Source of the DNA: Candidatus Poribacteria bacterium
GTDB lineage: Bacteria; Poribacteria; WGA-4E; PCPOR2b
Length of the DNA stretch: 64,000 nucleotides
Reading direction: 5' to 3'
NCBI GenBank assembly: GCA_965116925.1
Contig: OZ220744.1
Location: forward strand, 3,488,001-3,552,000
Of the stretch, positions 41,571-51,068 are shown piece after piece. The number at the start of each line of letters is the position of its first letter. Positions within the stretch are counted from its first letter, which is position 1. The translations under genes were made by a program, and so were the position numbers. Below the pieces are notes generated by a model that was given only the letters and a program-made list of their open reading frames with translations, was not told the origin of the DNA and searched no databases.

Positions 41571-42356
41571 ATGATGAAAAAACAACTATTTTCGTCTATA
41601 ATGATGTGCATCGGTTGCCTGTTGATATTGTTAATGGCCGCCTGTGGCAATGATGCCGATGATAACAACAATGATTACGATGATCCCGATCCTCCCATAA
41701 TTGAGTATGCCGTCTTTGACAGGACATTGGCTGAAGCAGTGGGGAAGGTGCCCGGTGAGAAAATAACGCCAGCCGAATTGGCAACCGTGACCCACCTTAG
41801 GTTTCCTCCGCCCCGTGATCGCTGATTTTCAGGCGGCATGGGAGGGACAAGCATAAAGTTGTTGGCGCATTGCATCAACCTGAGGGTGTTAGATCTTTAT
41901 GGACACGAAATCTACAACTTCAGGCCGTTGGCGGGATTGACTCGCTTGGAGCGGTTAAATCTTTCGGACACTGGAATCTCCAACCTTGAGCCGCTCGCCG
42001 GGCTGGTCAATCTCCAGAGACTGAATCTCTCCAGGAATCAGGTGAACGACCTGACCCCTTTGATAGGTATGATTCAGCTAAAGGAGCTTAACCTCCACGA
42101 CAACCAGATTCGCGATATCACCCCCCTGGCAAATTTAATTCGGATAGAAAAGCTATATCTCCACCATAACATGATTACCGATCTGAAGCCTTTGGTGGAT
42201 AACCCTGGACTGGTTAATAAAAACCCTATACACCTTGAGGGAGGCTTCGACTGGCATGCAGATGTCGTCGGATTACACGGTAATCCGTTGAGCAATGTTT
42301 CACGTAACGTATACATTCCCGCGTTAGAAGCGCGGGGAGTAATTGTACGGCAATAG
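41571..42356 (+). pseudogene. LRR lipoprotein with an in-frame TGA (41823-41825)
   Basis: ORFs 41571..41825 and 41838..42356 are in the same frame and together match the full-length paralogs. Confidence 0.75.
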
Positions 42357-42454
42357 ACGGGAGCAGTTTGTCACAGTGCCTCTTTTTCAAGCCCGTAGGT
42401 TGGGTTGAGCGATAGCGAAACCCAACACTGTTCAAGTGATAACGAGGTGAAAAA

Positions 42455-43012
42455 ATGATGCGCGATATTGTCGTTTTTCTCATTAGTGTCGGCTGTTTGG
42501 GTTCGAGTGGGTGTCAGCCGACTATGCTGCAGCATAGCTATACGCACCCCCATTCCGCAGTGACGGCACCGACATTTTGTCTCTACTTTGGGGAAGATGA
42601 ACATTCACAACCGATTCAAATCTACGAGATTACCGTTGTTAGACATGAGGCATTCAGCGATGATAAGCGATTCGAGTGGCACAATTGGCGACCGGGGCAC
42701 GGGGAGCCATACGGTGACCTAGTGATATGGCAAATCCAATATCTGCCTGATGACAAAGCCCATCCTCTGGCGAAACCGTTGTCTTGTATTACTTATGGAA
42801 AAGCACCGCCAGGGTATGACGAGCCAATCCCTCCATTGCCCCTAATCCCTGAAAGACTTTATACCGTCTCAATTGGGCCGACGGACTTACCCCCGGTCGC
42901 GTGGGTGTATTTCATCATTCGTGCAGATTCAACGGGGCACCCGACTCAATTGGAAGTTAAGCACGAGGATCGCGACGGACGTGGTGACATTCACATCATA
43001 AATCAGGAGTAG
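42455..43012 (+). CDS. Lipoprotein, family A copy 3
   Basis: SSGC lipobox; APTFCL, SCITYGKAPPGY, PERLY. Confidence 0.65.
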   Translation: MMRDIVVFLISVGCLGSSGCQPTMLQHSYTHPHSAVTAPTFCLYFGEDEHSQPIQIYEITVVRHEAFSDDKRFEWHNWRPGHGEPYGDLVIWQIQYLPDDKAHPLAKPLSCITYGKAPPGYDEPIPPLPLIPERLYTVSIGPTDLPPVAWVYFIIRADSTGHPTQLEVKHEDRDGRGDIHIINQE

Positions 43013-43017
43013 ATGAA

Positions 43018-43596
43018 ATGTATCAAGCGAAAATACGAGTGCTGCGCGCCATTGTCGTTTTGTTTCTCTGCATCGGTTGTTTGGTTTCGAGTGGATGTTT
43101 GAGAGGGCTGCACGGCTTGACCCATCCGCATTCAGACGTGACAGCACCAACATTTTGTCTCTATAAGCGATGGAAAGATGGGTGGGAAGCTGAACATGCA
43201 CTTCCCGTTCCAATCTACCGGATTAGAGTTACTAGGGCGGGGAAATTCAGTGGTGATGAGCGATTTGAGTGGCGCAATTGGCGCGTATGGAGGAAGGGAC
43301 GAGACTCTGACCAAGTGACATGGGAGATGGAATACGTGCCTGATGACGAAGCCCATCCGCTGGCGCGACCGTTCTCTTGTATTACCTATGGCAAAGTACC
43401 CCCGGGGTATGAGGAGAGAATCCCGCCTGTTCCCTTAATCCCGGAAAGGCTGTATACTGTTCAGATGCTGCCCAAGGGAGTAACTCCAACATCGTGGGTG
43501 TATTTCATCATTCGTGTAGATTCAACGGGGCACCCCACTCAATTGGAAACCAGTCACAATGGACCGCATGATATTCAAATCATAAATCGGGAGTAA
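43018..43596 (+). CDS. Lipoprotein, family A copy 4
   Basis: Same motifs as the other family A copies. Confidence 0.65.
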   Translation: MYQAKIRVLRAIVVLFLCIGCLVSSGCLRGLHGLTHPHSDVTAPTFCLYKRWKDGWEAEHALPVPIYRIRVTRAGKFSGDERFEWRNWRVWRKGRDSDQVTWEMEYVPDDEAHPLARPFSCITYGKVPPGYEERIPPVPLIPERLYTVQMLPKGVTPTSWVYFIIRVDSTGHPTQLETSHNGPHDIQIINRE

Positions 43597-44355
43597 ATGG
43601 CGATGTATAAAGTAAAGGCTCATATTAAGAAATCGTGCAACCGAAACCGAGTTTTTTCTTCAAAACTCGGTTTCTCCGAATGCTTTGCACTTTCTTTTTA
43701 CATAAACCCAGTAAAAATAGGAATAAGACAAGCAATTTTTGGGCTTCTCATCTGTGTCGGCTGTTTGTTTGCGAGTGGATGCGCGAAGCTCAAGCTACAC
43801 GGCTTCGCACATCCACATTCAGACGTGACGGCACCGACATTCTGTCTTCACAAGGGCGATGCACAGGACAAAAATGCACCGCCCGTCCCAATCTACCGGA
43901 TTAGCGTTTTTCGGTATAAGCCAACAGGACGTAATCGACGCTTAGAGTGGCGCAATTGGAGCTTCTGGTGGGAGGGACGTAGATCAGTCATTAACGAAGT
44001 CGCATGGGAGCTGGAATACGGTGCTCCACCGACAGAGGCGAGATTGAACCGATACACTGACCAAGTCGCATGGGTGATGGAATACGCGCCGGATCCCCAA
44101 GCACAACCCTCACCGAGACCGTTCTCTTGCATCACCTACGGCAAAGTACCGCCGGGGTACATCGAGAAAATCCCTGCTGCGCCCTTAATCCCGGAAAGGC
44201 TTTACACCGTTCTGCTTGACCCCCAAGAAGTCACTGCACGGGGCGGCATGTATTTTATCATCCGCTTAGATTCAACGGGGCACCCGACTCAATTGGAATA
44301 CACCATCAAACCGACGCGACTTGACCATGTTCGCGTCGTCACCCAGCAGCAATAG
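43597..44355 (+). CDS. Lipoprotein, family A copy 5, with an in-frame MITE in its N-terminus
   Basis: Same motifs; 33-aa insert from the MITE at 43617-43708. Confidence 0.65.
   Translation: MAMYKVKAHIKKSCNRNRVFSSKLGFSECFALSFYINPVKIGIRQAIFGLLICVGCLFASGCAKLKLHGFAHPHSDVTAPTFCLHKGDAQDKNAPPVPIYRISVFRYKPTGRNRRLEWRNWSFWWEGRRSVINEVAWELEYGAPPTEARLNRYTDQVAWVMEYAPDPQAQPSPRPFSCITYGKVPPGYIEKIPAAPLIPERLYTVLLDPQEVTARGGMYFIIRLDSTGHPTQLEYTIKPTRLDHVRVVTQQQ
43617..43708. mobile_element. MITE inserted in frame in a CDS
   Basis: GGCTCATATTAAG...TACATAAACC termini; AGTAAA duplicated on both sides. Confidence 0.7.
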
Positions 44356-44523
44356 GTTGGGTAAAGTGCTAGCAAAACCCAACACTGACCCATCATACAT
44401 CACGCATTATTCTGTTCTCATCGATCTCCAAATAAAAAAGCGCGAGGGGCAGTATTAGATGTAATATCATAATACCTCTCCCCGCGCTTCCCAATCTAGT
44501 TTTGTTTTTGAATGTGTTTTGTT

Positions 44524-44994
44524 CTATTCCTGAATTCTCTCCACGAAGGTGTGAGGATCAACGATGTGAACGCCGTATTCAAAAAGTGCTTGTTTGAGTG
44601 TGGGATTCTCTAAGAAATCATTGTCATACGATACTAAGAATTGTGCTCTACCCCAGATTGCACAATCAGCGACCGGATCATCGTCTACATCTCGCCGCCG
44701 GCATAACCCATGTGAAAAAGATGGCTCAACAATGGTTGCCCGTTGCTCCAAAAAATTGATTAGGCGGGTGACTGACTGCAGCGTATATGAATATTTATCC
44801 ATGAGATGGGGACGCAACAGAACCGCCTGAGTCTCGTCAAGAATAGCCTGCGATAGCACGAGGACGAATCGCCTATGATGCCAAAGCGAAAGCAGATGAT
44901 TAGCAAGGTTTTGCTTTCGGATAACTGAACGGAAAAAGATATTGGTGTCGATTGTTACTCGGTAAACGCGCCACCGGCGTTCAGATTCGCTCAC
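44524..44994 (-). CDS. PIN-domain toxin
   Basis: VTIDTNIF, RDVDDD...DCA...FLVSYDNDFL. Confidence 0.85.
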   Translation of the reverse strand: MSESERRWRVYRVTIDTNIFFRSVIRKQNLANHLLSLWHHRRFVLVLSQAILDETQAVLLRPHLMDKYSYTLQSVTRLINFLEQRATIVEPSFSHGLCRRRDVDDDPVADCAIWGRAQFLVSYDNDFLENPTLKQALFEYGVHIVDPHTFVERIQE

Positions 44995-45514
44995 GCCTTA
45001 CCTCCGCCAGTGCCTCCTCGAAATCTCGCATTACTTCCTCCTCTGGCGTGTCGGCAAAGGCTTCATGAAAGGGCGCGACGATATTATCCCATGAGTCCTG
45101 TCCTGCCGTTGAATCCACTTCAAGGAATTTACATACAACTGGCAGCCGGGCTTCAAATTCATGAGCGGTTCGTGCGAGAAATGCCTTCCCGGTAAATCTA
45201 CTATCATCAACAATCTGTTCAATGTGATAGATCTGCGATTCCGATTTTCCCCATAGCTGATAAATTGGCATCGGATTATCTAAATCGGTGATAAAAATAG
45301 AACGGGCATCTTGCTGGAGGTAATGCTGAGTTTCCATCGTCAGCGTATTAATCACAGAGTCATCTGCTTGGTCGGACATCAAGAAGGCTTTTTTATTAGT
45401 TGTTTGGCTGGCTAGAGTCCCAAGTTGCGAATCTGTTGCCCACTCATTGACCAAATACTTGACTGCTTGAGTGCCATAGATTGATTCGACACTCCAGATT
45501 CTTACATTTGTCAT
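44981..45514 (-). CDS. Hypothetical protein: degenerate DUF4276/TOPRIM-like N-part plus antitoxin-like C-terminus
   Basis: VRIWSVES...FITDLD...HEFEA, then FADTPEEEVMRDFEEALAEVR overlapping the PIN gene. Confidence 0.4.
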   Translation of the reverse strand: MTNVRIWSVESIYGTQAVKYLVNEWATDSQLGTLASQTTNKKAFLMSDQADDSVINTLTMETQHYLQQDARSIFITDLDNPMPIYQLWGKSESQIYHIEQIVDDSRFTGKAFLARTAHEFEARLPVVCKFLEVDSTAGQDSWDNIVAPFHEAFADTPEEEVMRDFEEALAEVRRERI

Positions 45515-46689
45515 TTAGAATTCTCCTCCATCAGGTCTTGTAGCAGTTCACTCTCAAAAATAGCACTGCCAATCCCGAAATCCGTCATCCAACCGTCGAG
45601 TGCGACTCGGTCTTTGCGGATATCCTCAAGGTTGAGGACCTCTGTGCCGCGTCCGGGAAGGTTGCGCAAAAGTAAAATGCCGAGAGAATCGGATAGGTTC
45701 TCAGAACTAAAGGCATCGAGGAGTTGAGAGCTATGGGTTGTGATAATCACTTGGGACCGGTCGGCAATTTGACTAAGAATTGTTGCAATCTCGTTCAGCG
45801 CAACGGGGTGCAGATTGCGCTCCGGTTCTTCGATGGCGATTAGTAGCGGCAATTCAGGTTGGCTAAACAAGGTGTAGTAAGCAATGAGCCGTAATGAGCC
45901 GTCGGATGCCCCTTCCAAAGGTATTGGCTTCTTATATCCCTCTAAAAGGCAGAGTTCAAACTCTCCGTCAATTGGACGATAGTCTATGCTGAGATTCGTA
46001 GAAGTTGCGAGGGAGTCACTAACGCTGTGGAAAAGTTCAGGTGCATTATTATGCCAATCCACGAGCACCTCCGATAGTCTAAAACCAGAACTATCAAGTT
46101 GTGGCGATTTACCTGGCTTTTTTGTAACATGTGAGGAGTCCATGAGATAATTTCGTATGGATTCTGGTCGAAAGCTATAAAATTCCCAAGCCTTAATAAA
46201 TCCCGTCAAAGCACTGGTAACGGGCTTATCTCCATAATCGCCTGCCGACTTCAAAGCGAGTTTATTGGACCTGTATCTTGTTTTGTTTTTGCCATCCTCC
46301 TCCTGAACTATGCCCTGTCCGTTCTCAATTGATATGATTTTCACACCGTCAACTAGCAATTCTTCAGCGGTAAAAGGATTGTCAGTCTCTGCTTTAAGCT
46401 CCAGTTTATATACGGTTGGGATTTCTCCCACTCCCGCTTGTAATTTGAAAGCAATATTGCTTTCTTCACCTGCCCCCGCCCAAAGAGAGCCTTGGATAAA
46501 TTCAGCTGGTGGCAGTTGCTCAGCAATCATCATGGTATTGAGAAACCCCAAGGCACTTAAGATATTTGATTTCCCACTTGCATTGGGACCAACAAGTATC
46601 GTCAGAGGCTTTAATGGAAGGGAAACATCACGCAAGCTAAGGTAGTTTTCAATGTGAACTTTCTCTAGGAACGTTTTCATTTCAGACAC
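45511..46689 (-). CDS. ABC/AAA ATPase (AAA_21/AAA_15-like)
   Basis: GPNASGKSN, SDGSLR, IAIEEPERNLHP, ITTHS. Confidence 0.9.
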   Translation of the reverse strand: MSEMKTFLEKVHIENYLSLRDVSLPLKPLTILVGPNASGKSNILSALGFLNTMMIAEQLPPAEFIQGSLWAGAGEESNIAFKLQAGVGEIPTVYKLELKAETDNPFTAEELLVDGVKIISIENGQGIVQEEDGKNKTRYRSNKLALKSAGDYGDKPVTSALTGFIKAWEFYSFRPESIRNYLMDSSHVTKKPGKSPQLDSSGFRLSEVLVDWHNNAPELFHSVSDSLATSTNLSIDYRPIDGEFELCLLEGYKKPIPLEGASDGSLRLIAYYTLFSQPELPLLIAIEEPERNLHPVALNEIATILSQIADRSQVIITTHSSQLLDAFSSENLSDSLGILLLRNLPGRGTEVLNLEDIRKDRVALDGWMTDFGIGSAIFESELLQDLMEENSK

Positions 46690-46961
46690 GATTACTCACC
46701 TCTCCTCACCTTTGTTAGGTCATAGGATACGAGCATTTTAGCACGCCATCGGTTTTTATGGCAAGAAATTTTGCATTTTTTCTCACTAGTGTGTAGCTAC
46801 GCTGTCAACGGATATGGAGTGTGTATTTTTCTCTTTCTCGACTGTTGTGTCACTGATGTGCTAATGGGCACTTGGGTAGACGCGCGGTTATCCGCGTTTA
46901 TTATTGCGTACACTTTGTTTCTGAATTTGAGATGATGAACCCACCATCAACCCGCGCTGTT

Positions 46962-47483
46962 TCATATACACCAGTCCATTTCCCTTGAATGAGATTGAGA
47001 GTGTTGGAGATGATTGTGTTGCGAACACGGTGATTGGGGTTTCTTTATTTGATTTTCTATTTCTCGGAAGAATTGGTGTTCATTATGCCGAACATACCGC
47101 CAAGACTGTGGAACGACGAAATTTGATAAACGATTCCTCAATGTGTTTAGGTTGACAGGGTTTTGATATTCCCAAACTGCTTTGATTTCAAGCGCATAAG
47201 CAATAGGTTGCCTCTCAAAGTAGATATCGAAATCTCGCTTATCAACACTGGCGAGTTCGGACACCATGTTCCAAATATCTTCAGGGGGCCCACTCCATAC
47301 CTCACCAACACGGAAACCACCGCGCAATGCCATAATAGGCATGGAAACATAGATGAACACATCGCGACCCTCTATATGTGAGGCTATACGCCGTCGAAGT
47401 TCAATCGTTTTGAGGCCGTCAAAGACTAAGTCCGCATAGCAGGGTTTTAATGAAAGAAGCAAGGGAGACATTGTAAGGTTCAT
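46962..47483 (-). CDS. ASCH-domain protein
   Basis: LSLKPCYADLVFDGLKTIELRR, FIYVSMP, PQSWRY. Confidence 0.85.
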   Translation of the reverse strand: MNLTMSPLLLSLKPCYADLVFDGLKTIELRRRIASHIEGRDVFIYVSMPIMALRGGFRVGEVWSGPPEDIWNMVSELASVDKRDFDIYFERQPIAYALEIKAVWEYQNPVNLNTLRNRLSNFVVPQSWRYVRHNEHQFFREIENQIKKPQSPCSQHNHLQHSQSHSREMDWCI

Positions 47484-49495
47484 GATTGGTTTAGATATCC
47501 TCTTTGAAATAGTTTGTGGAACACTTCTGGTGTTCGTTCTGATGGTCCTTGTAGTGATAGTCGAACTCCGTTTTCGTCACAGATAGTTCTCAATACGTCC
47601 AATGAAACCGGTTCTCGAAAGGGGAACGTGTGCGAAAATTTCAACGCCATGAGTTCTTTTGATGGATCGCCCTCACACATTTCACGAAGGTCTTCCCATT
47701 CCAGCACCCCGAACTTTTTGAATTTCCTGAACAGTTCCTTGGTTGTGTCAATTACAACGCCATCAAGACAGGATACGGCTATAATTTGTTGGTCAGGAGC
47801 ACTAACATACCATAAAATCCTGCCGGGGGCTGTGAGCATATTGTGAAAATTTGGTTTTCGATAATACACGTTATCCCAGCGCAGTAGAACCTCGGTCTTA
47901 TCTACAAAAAGCATGTTGGCTGCCTGACGTCTATCAATCAGACTGGTCGCGTAGATTGGACGAATTGGTATCAAAAAATACTTCTGATCCGTAGATTCCA
48001 AATCAAGCGGGGAGCAGCACTGTTCAAGCGCAAGATCTGACAATTTCTGATAATCGCTTGCAACTTCAGAACACAATTCGGAAATCGTGGACAATGCTTC
48101 TTGGCGGTCAAGGCAACGCGAGAAACAAAATCTCACAAAGCCATCGTTACATTTTATAAATCCCATTTCTAACAGGTCTGGTATCAATCTAGGAGTGAGA
48201 GCAGAATCTTCAAACTTCACCATATCCAGATTCTTTTCTACAGCCTTGGAAACGGTATCTGCGATTAAAAAGCGTCCGAATAGAGATTGGTCGGCACCAC
48301 CTGCTGTTCTCGCCAAGGGTGAAGCAAGCATCTGGTTGGCACCCTTCGCAAGAACCCGGAGGGCAATAACTTCATCGCCTGACCAAAGTAGTTCGCATTC
48401 GTAACGATTGGGTTGAGCTATCAAGGACTCCAATCTTTCCCTGAATTTATCTACTGTTTCCTGCTGCTCAAGAAACGAATCAAAAGGCAAGGCTGCCAGA
48501 TCACTCGATCTCAAGCGTTCCCAACGAAGACTGAGGCCCGCAACGCGATCTGGCGCATAGGATTGTTGTTCGGACAGCTCATGGACGCGCACTATCAGGT
48601 CTGCGGGACGTACCACTTTAATCCCTGTCAATTCGGCAATTTCCTCTGACTTTGCCAAAAGCAAATGGTCTCTGGTAACAAAGATCTTAATTTTTGAAGC
48701 GGCAGCTTTCGCTAGATATCTAATATCGGAGGCTTGGTTCGCTGTGTGGGTTGGGAAAAGTCCGCTTAGAGATCTGTAAAAATCTTCATATAAGCGCGGG
48801 TCAAACTCTAATTTTGGAAAACAATCATATTTGTTTCGGGATTGATTACGCTCTGCACGGGTGTTTTGCTGATCGATTGCATTCAGCAGTTCATCAGTAA
48901 TATAGAGGTTGATAGAATCTATTAAAAAGTCAGCAAGTAGAACCTTAGACGGCAATCCTTTGTCACTATCCGGTGCATCAAAATCGAAGAATATTTGGGC
49001 ATCAACAACTATATCTAGATTCTCATCTGATGTTTGTGCCTGAAAGAGTTCTAACTGGTCATCTGGGGATAGAATGAAATGCCAGATCGTCAGAAGGCAC
49101 CCCGACGATTGGCTAGGTTTTTCACTGTAAGCAACGAACCCTAATCTAGGCCATAAGGCGTTCGCAGGAAAATCACGGCGACAGTGAAGTTTGATGAGCT
49201 TCTGAGTTTTGGCTAACCCCTTTAAGCTATTAACCAACCCCTTTGCAATGCCTTGACCTTGGCACTCTTCCAATACACAGAGATGAGTAATCCGGAAGTA
49301 TGTTGAACGATCTGCGTAGAGGAGGTAGCCAACGAGTTGGCCATCATCATTTTTAGCACCCAATACGGTTCCTTTTTCAAGATAATCTTGAAGTGCTTCC
49401 ATTGGAAGAAAACCGAGCCACCGACTATGACGTTTCATTAGCTCATCCACTGCACTGAGGTCAGTGCATGTCAATTGTGAGATACTTACGTTCAT
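47480..49495 (-). CDS. GNAT acetyltransferase-PIN-PUA/EVE-like fusion protein
   Basis: GNAT QGQGIAKGL...ANALWPRLGF; PIN VVDAQIFFD...FVTRD; C-terminal LIPIRPIYA...NVYYR...ILWYVS. Confidence 0.75.
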   Translation of the reverse strand: MNVSISQLTCTDLSAVDELMKRHSRWLGFLPMEALQDYLEKGTVLGAKNDDGQLVGYLLYADRSTYFRITHLCVLEECQGQGIAKGLVNSLKGLAKTQKLIKLHCRRDFPANALWPRLGFVAYSEKPSQSSGCLLTIWHFILSPDDQLELFQAQTSDENLDIVVDAQIFFDFDAPDSDKGLPSKVLLADFLIDSINLYITDELLNAIDQQNTRAERNQSRNKYDCFPKLEFDPRLYEDFYRSLSGLFPTHTANQASDIRYLAKAAASKIKIFVTRDHLLLAKSEEIAELTGIKVVRPADLIVRVHELSEQQSYAPDRVAGLSLRWERLRSSDLAALPFDSFLEQQETVDKFRERLESLIAQPNRYECELLWSGDEVIALRVLAKGANQMLASPLARTAGGADQSLFGRFLIADTVSKAVEKNLDMVKFEDSALTPRLIPDLLEMGFIKCNDGFVRFCFSRCLDRQEALSTISELCSEVASDYQKLSDLALEQCCSPLDLESTDQKYFLIPIRPIYATSLIDRRQAANMLFVDKTEVLLRWDNVYYRKPNFHNMLTAPGRILWYVSAPDQQIIAVSCLDGVVIDTTKELFRKFKKFGVLEWEDLREMCEGDPSKELMALKFSHTFPFREPVSLDVLRTICDENGVRLSLQGPSERTPEVFHKLFQRGYLNQS

Positions 49496-50061
49496 ATCTT
49501 ATTTCTCCGTTTCAAAATAATGCGAAATCCTAGGCTGTCGAGCATTTATCGGTGTTTTCTTAAAGCTCATACTTATTCTTACAGAATCCGCACTTTCTCA
49601 ATTATGCCTCTACTTTAGACGCAGCCTTTTTGGATCTCGTTTATTTTTTATTTTGAAATTCCTAACTAAAGTCTGATTGTATAGTTGAAATCTCCTTTCC
49701 CCCTACAAATCTGATGCCGCTGAATAGATGAACGTCATCCTCATAGAAAGTGCCCTCCTGTCAACTCCAAAAAATTCTGTCGAAATGAGCAGCATCAAGC
49801 GCAGCCACTCCCCTTCCCCTCACAACCCCCGAATAATCCCCTCCCCCTCCGTCCACCCAAGTTCCGTGAGGCGCCAAGTGACCCACGTCCGCTCCCCCAG
49901 AATCCGTTCAACGATCCCCAAACTCTCCAGCGTGACCTGCTTCGGTTGGGAGGGCTGACGCATCAAAGGACGTGTGCAGTTGAAGCCGACCGCTTTCTCA
50001 ATCGCCGAGCGATACGTCACTTGCATAGATACTCCTTTCACGTTTTACGTTTCACGCAAAG

Positions 50062-50300
50062 TTATCCACAGGTTATCCACAATTTGTGCATCTGTGACAC
50101 CGATGTCGGAGTTTTGACACGCATGACACAAGATTGACATAGCCATCCAAGTTGTGACACCGATGTCAAAATCGGCAAAATTAAAATCGCCGAAACCCTT
50201 GTGGTTACTGAGCCCGGCGAGTTATCCACAATCGCCTAATAAAGCTTTAAGAACTTCCTAATAAAAATTTAATACCCGGCAGCCTAAAAATTTGATTAGG
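50062..50300. promoter_or_regulatory. Putative replication origin (DnaA boxes, iteron-like repeats, AT-rich tract)
   Basis: TTATCCACA at 50062, 50073 and 50222; TGTGACACCGATGTC at 50093 and 50153. Confidence 0.55.
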
Positions 50301-50595
50301 GGGAAGAAAGGGAGTTCATTGAGGTTACAGCACACGGAGAGTGCCCACGACTCTGTGGACGGCACACGGAGAGTGCCCACTACTATAAGGTGCATTGGTT
50401 CATTAGAATTGAGTTAGGGTTCACAGTTTCCGACGATACACCTGTCGCCCTGTTGGAGTTGGTGGAGATGCCGCTGGCGGAGGGTGCGTATGCTGTTAGG
50501 GGGCCGTTTGCGCCTTTTAATCCGCGTTGCGCTTTTATGGTTAAACCTGCTATAATACTTGTGTGTCTACATTAAGGGGATAAGGAGGAGCCGCC

Positions 50596-50940
50596 ATGAA
50601 AGTGACACAAACCCAAGCCGAATCAAAAACTGATACTATAGTTCGGGGCGTTGAAGCCCATGAAGTGGGTGAAGCCGAGCAAATTCTAAAGGAGTACCAA
50701 CGGACACTCAGCCAAATACCAGAGGTCCAGCAGGTTGTATATATACGACGCAAAAAGAGCATTGAATTCGTTGTTGTCATTGACCGAATTCGACGGAAAC
50801 TCTCCAGCCAACTATCCCAAATTGAATGCCGATTGTGTGATGAATACACTGATTGGTTCTTTGGATTTGAACATATTAGTTCCCGTACTTTCTCCCAACA
50901 GTCTCGGGGCGGATACACTAACCTCTTTCGCTCATGTTAA
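50596..50940 (+). CDS. Minimal-nucleotidyltransferase-like antitoxin (degenerate)
   Basis: Size and pattern (IPEVQQVV...IEFVVVID); directly upstream of a HEPN-like gene. Confidence 0.45.
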   Translation: MKVTQTQAESKTDTIVRGVEAHEVGEAEQILKEYQRTLSQIPEVQQVVYIRRKKSIEFVVVIDRIRRKLSSQLSQIECRLCDEYTDWFFGFEHISSRTFSQQSRGGYTNLFRSC

Positions 50941-51046
50941 GAATTAGTGCAACAGCATCGACTTACCTCAAAAACCGTAGGCGGGGCATCTGGTTTCCCC
51001 ACCCTCAACGCGTGCACCGTAATTGCACTCCGTTTTTACATGAGCC
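50929..51046. mobile_element. MITE
   Basis: CGCTCATGTTAAG...TACATGAGCC; perfect 8-bp target duplication ACCTCTTT. Confidence 0.8.
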
Positions 51047-51068
51047 ACCTCTTTAACCGTGATTGACA

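Noticed and set aside
3925..41825. Alternative genetic code or stop-codon reassignment suggested by two in-frame stops
   Set aside because: The two stops are different codons (TAG and TGA), and both are used as normal terminators elsewhere in the window.
34650..44400. Integron cassette array
   Set aside because: The separators are GTAG REPs that also occur throughout the window; no attC-type ends or integron integrase were recognised.
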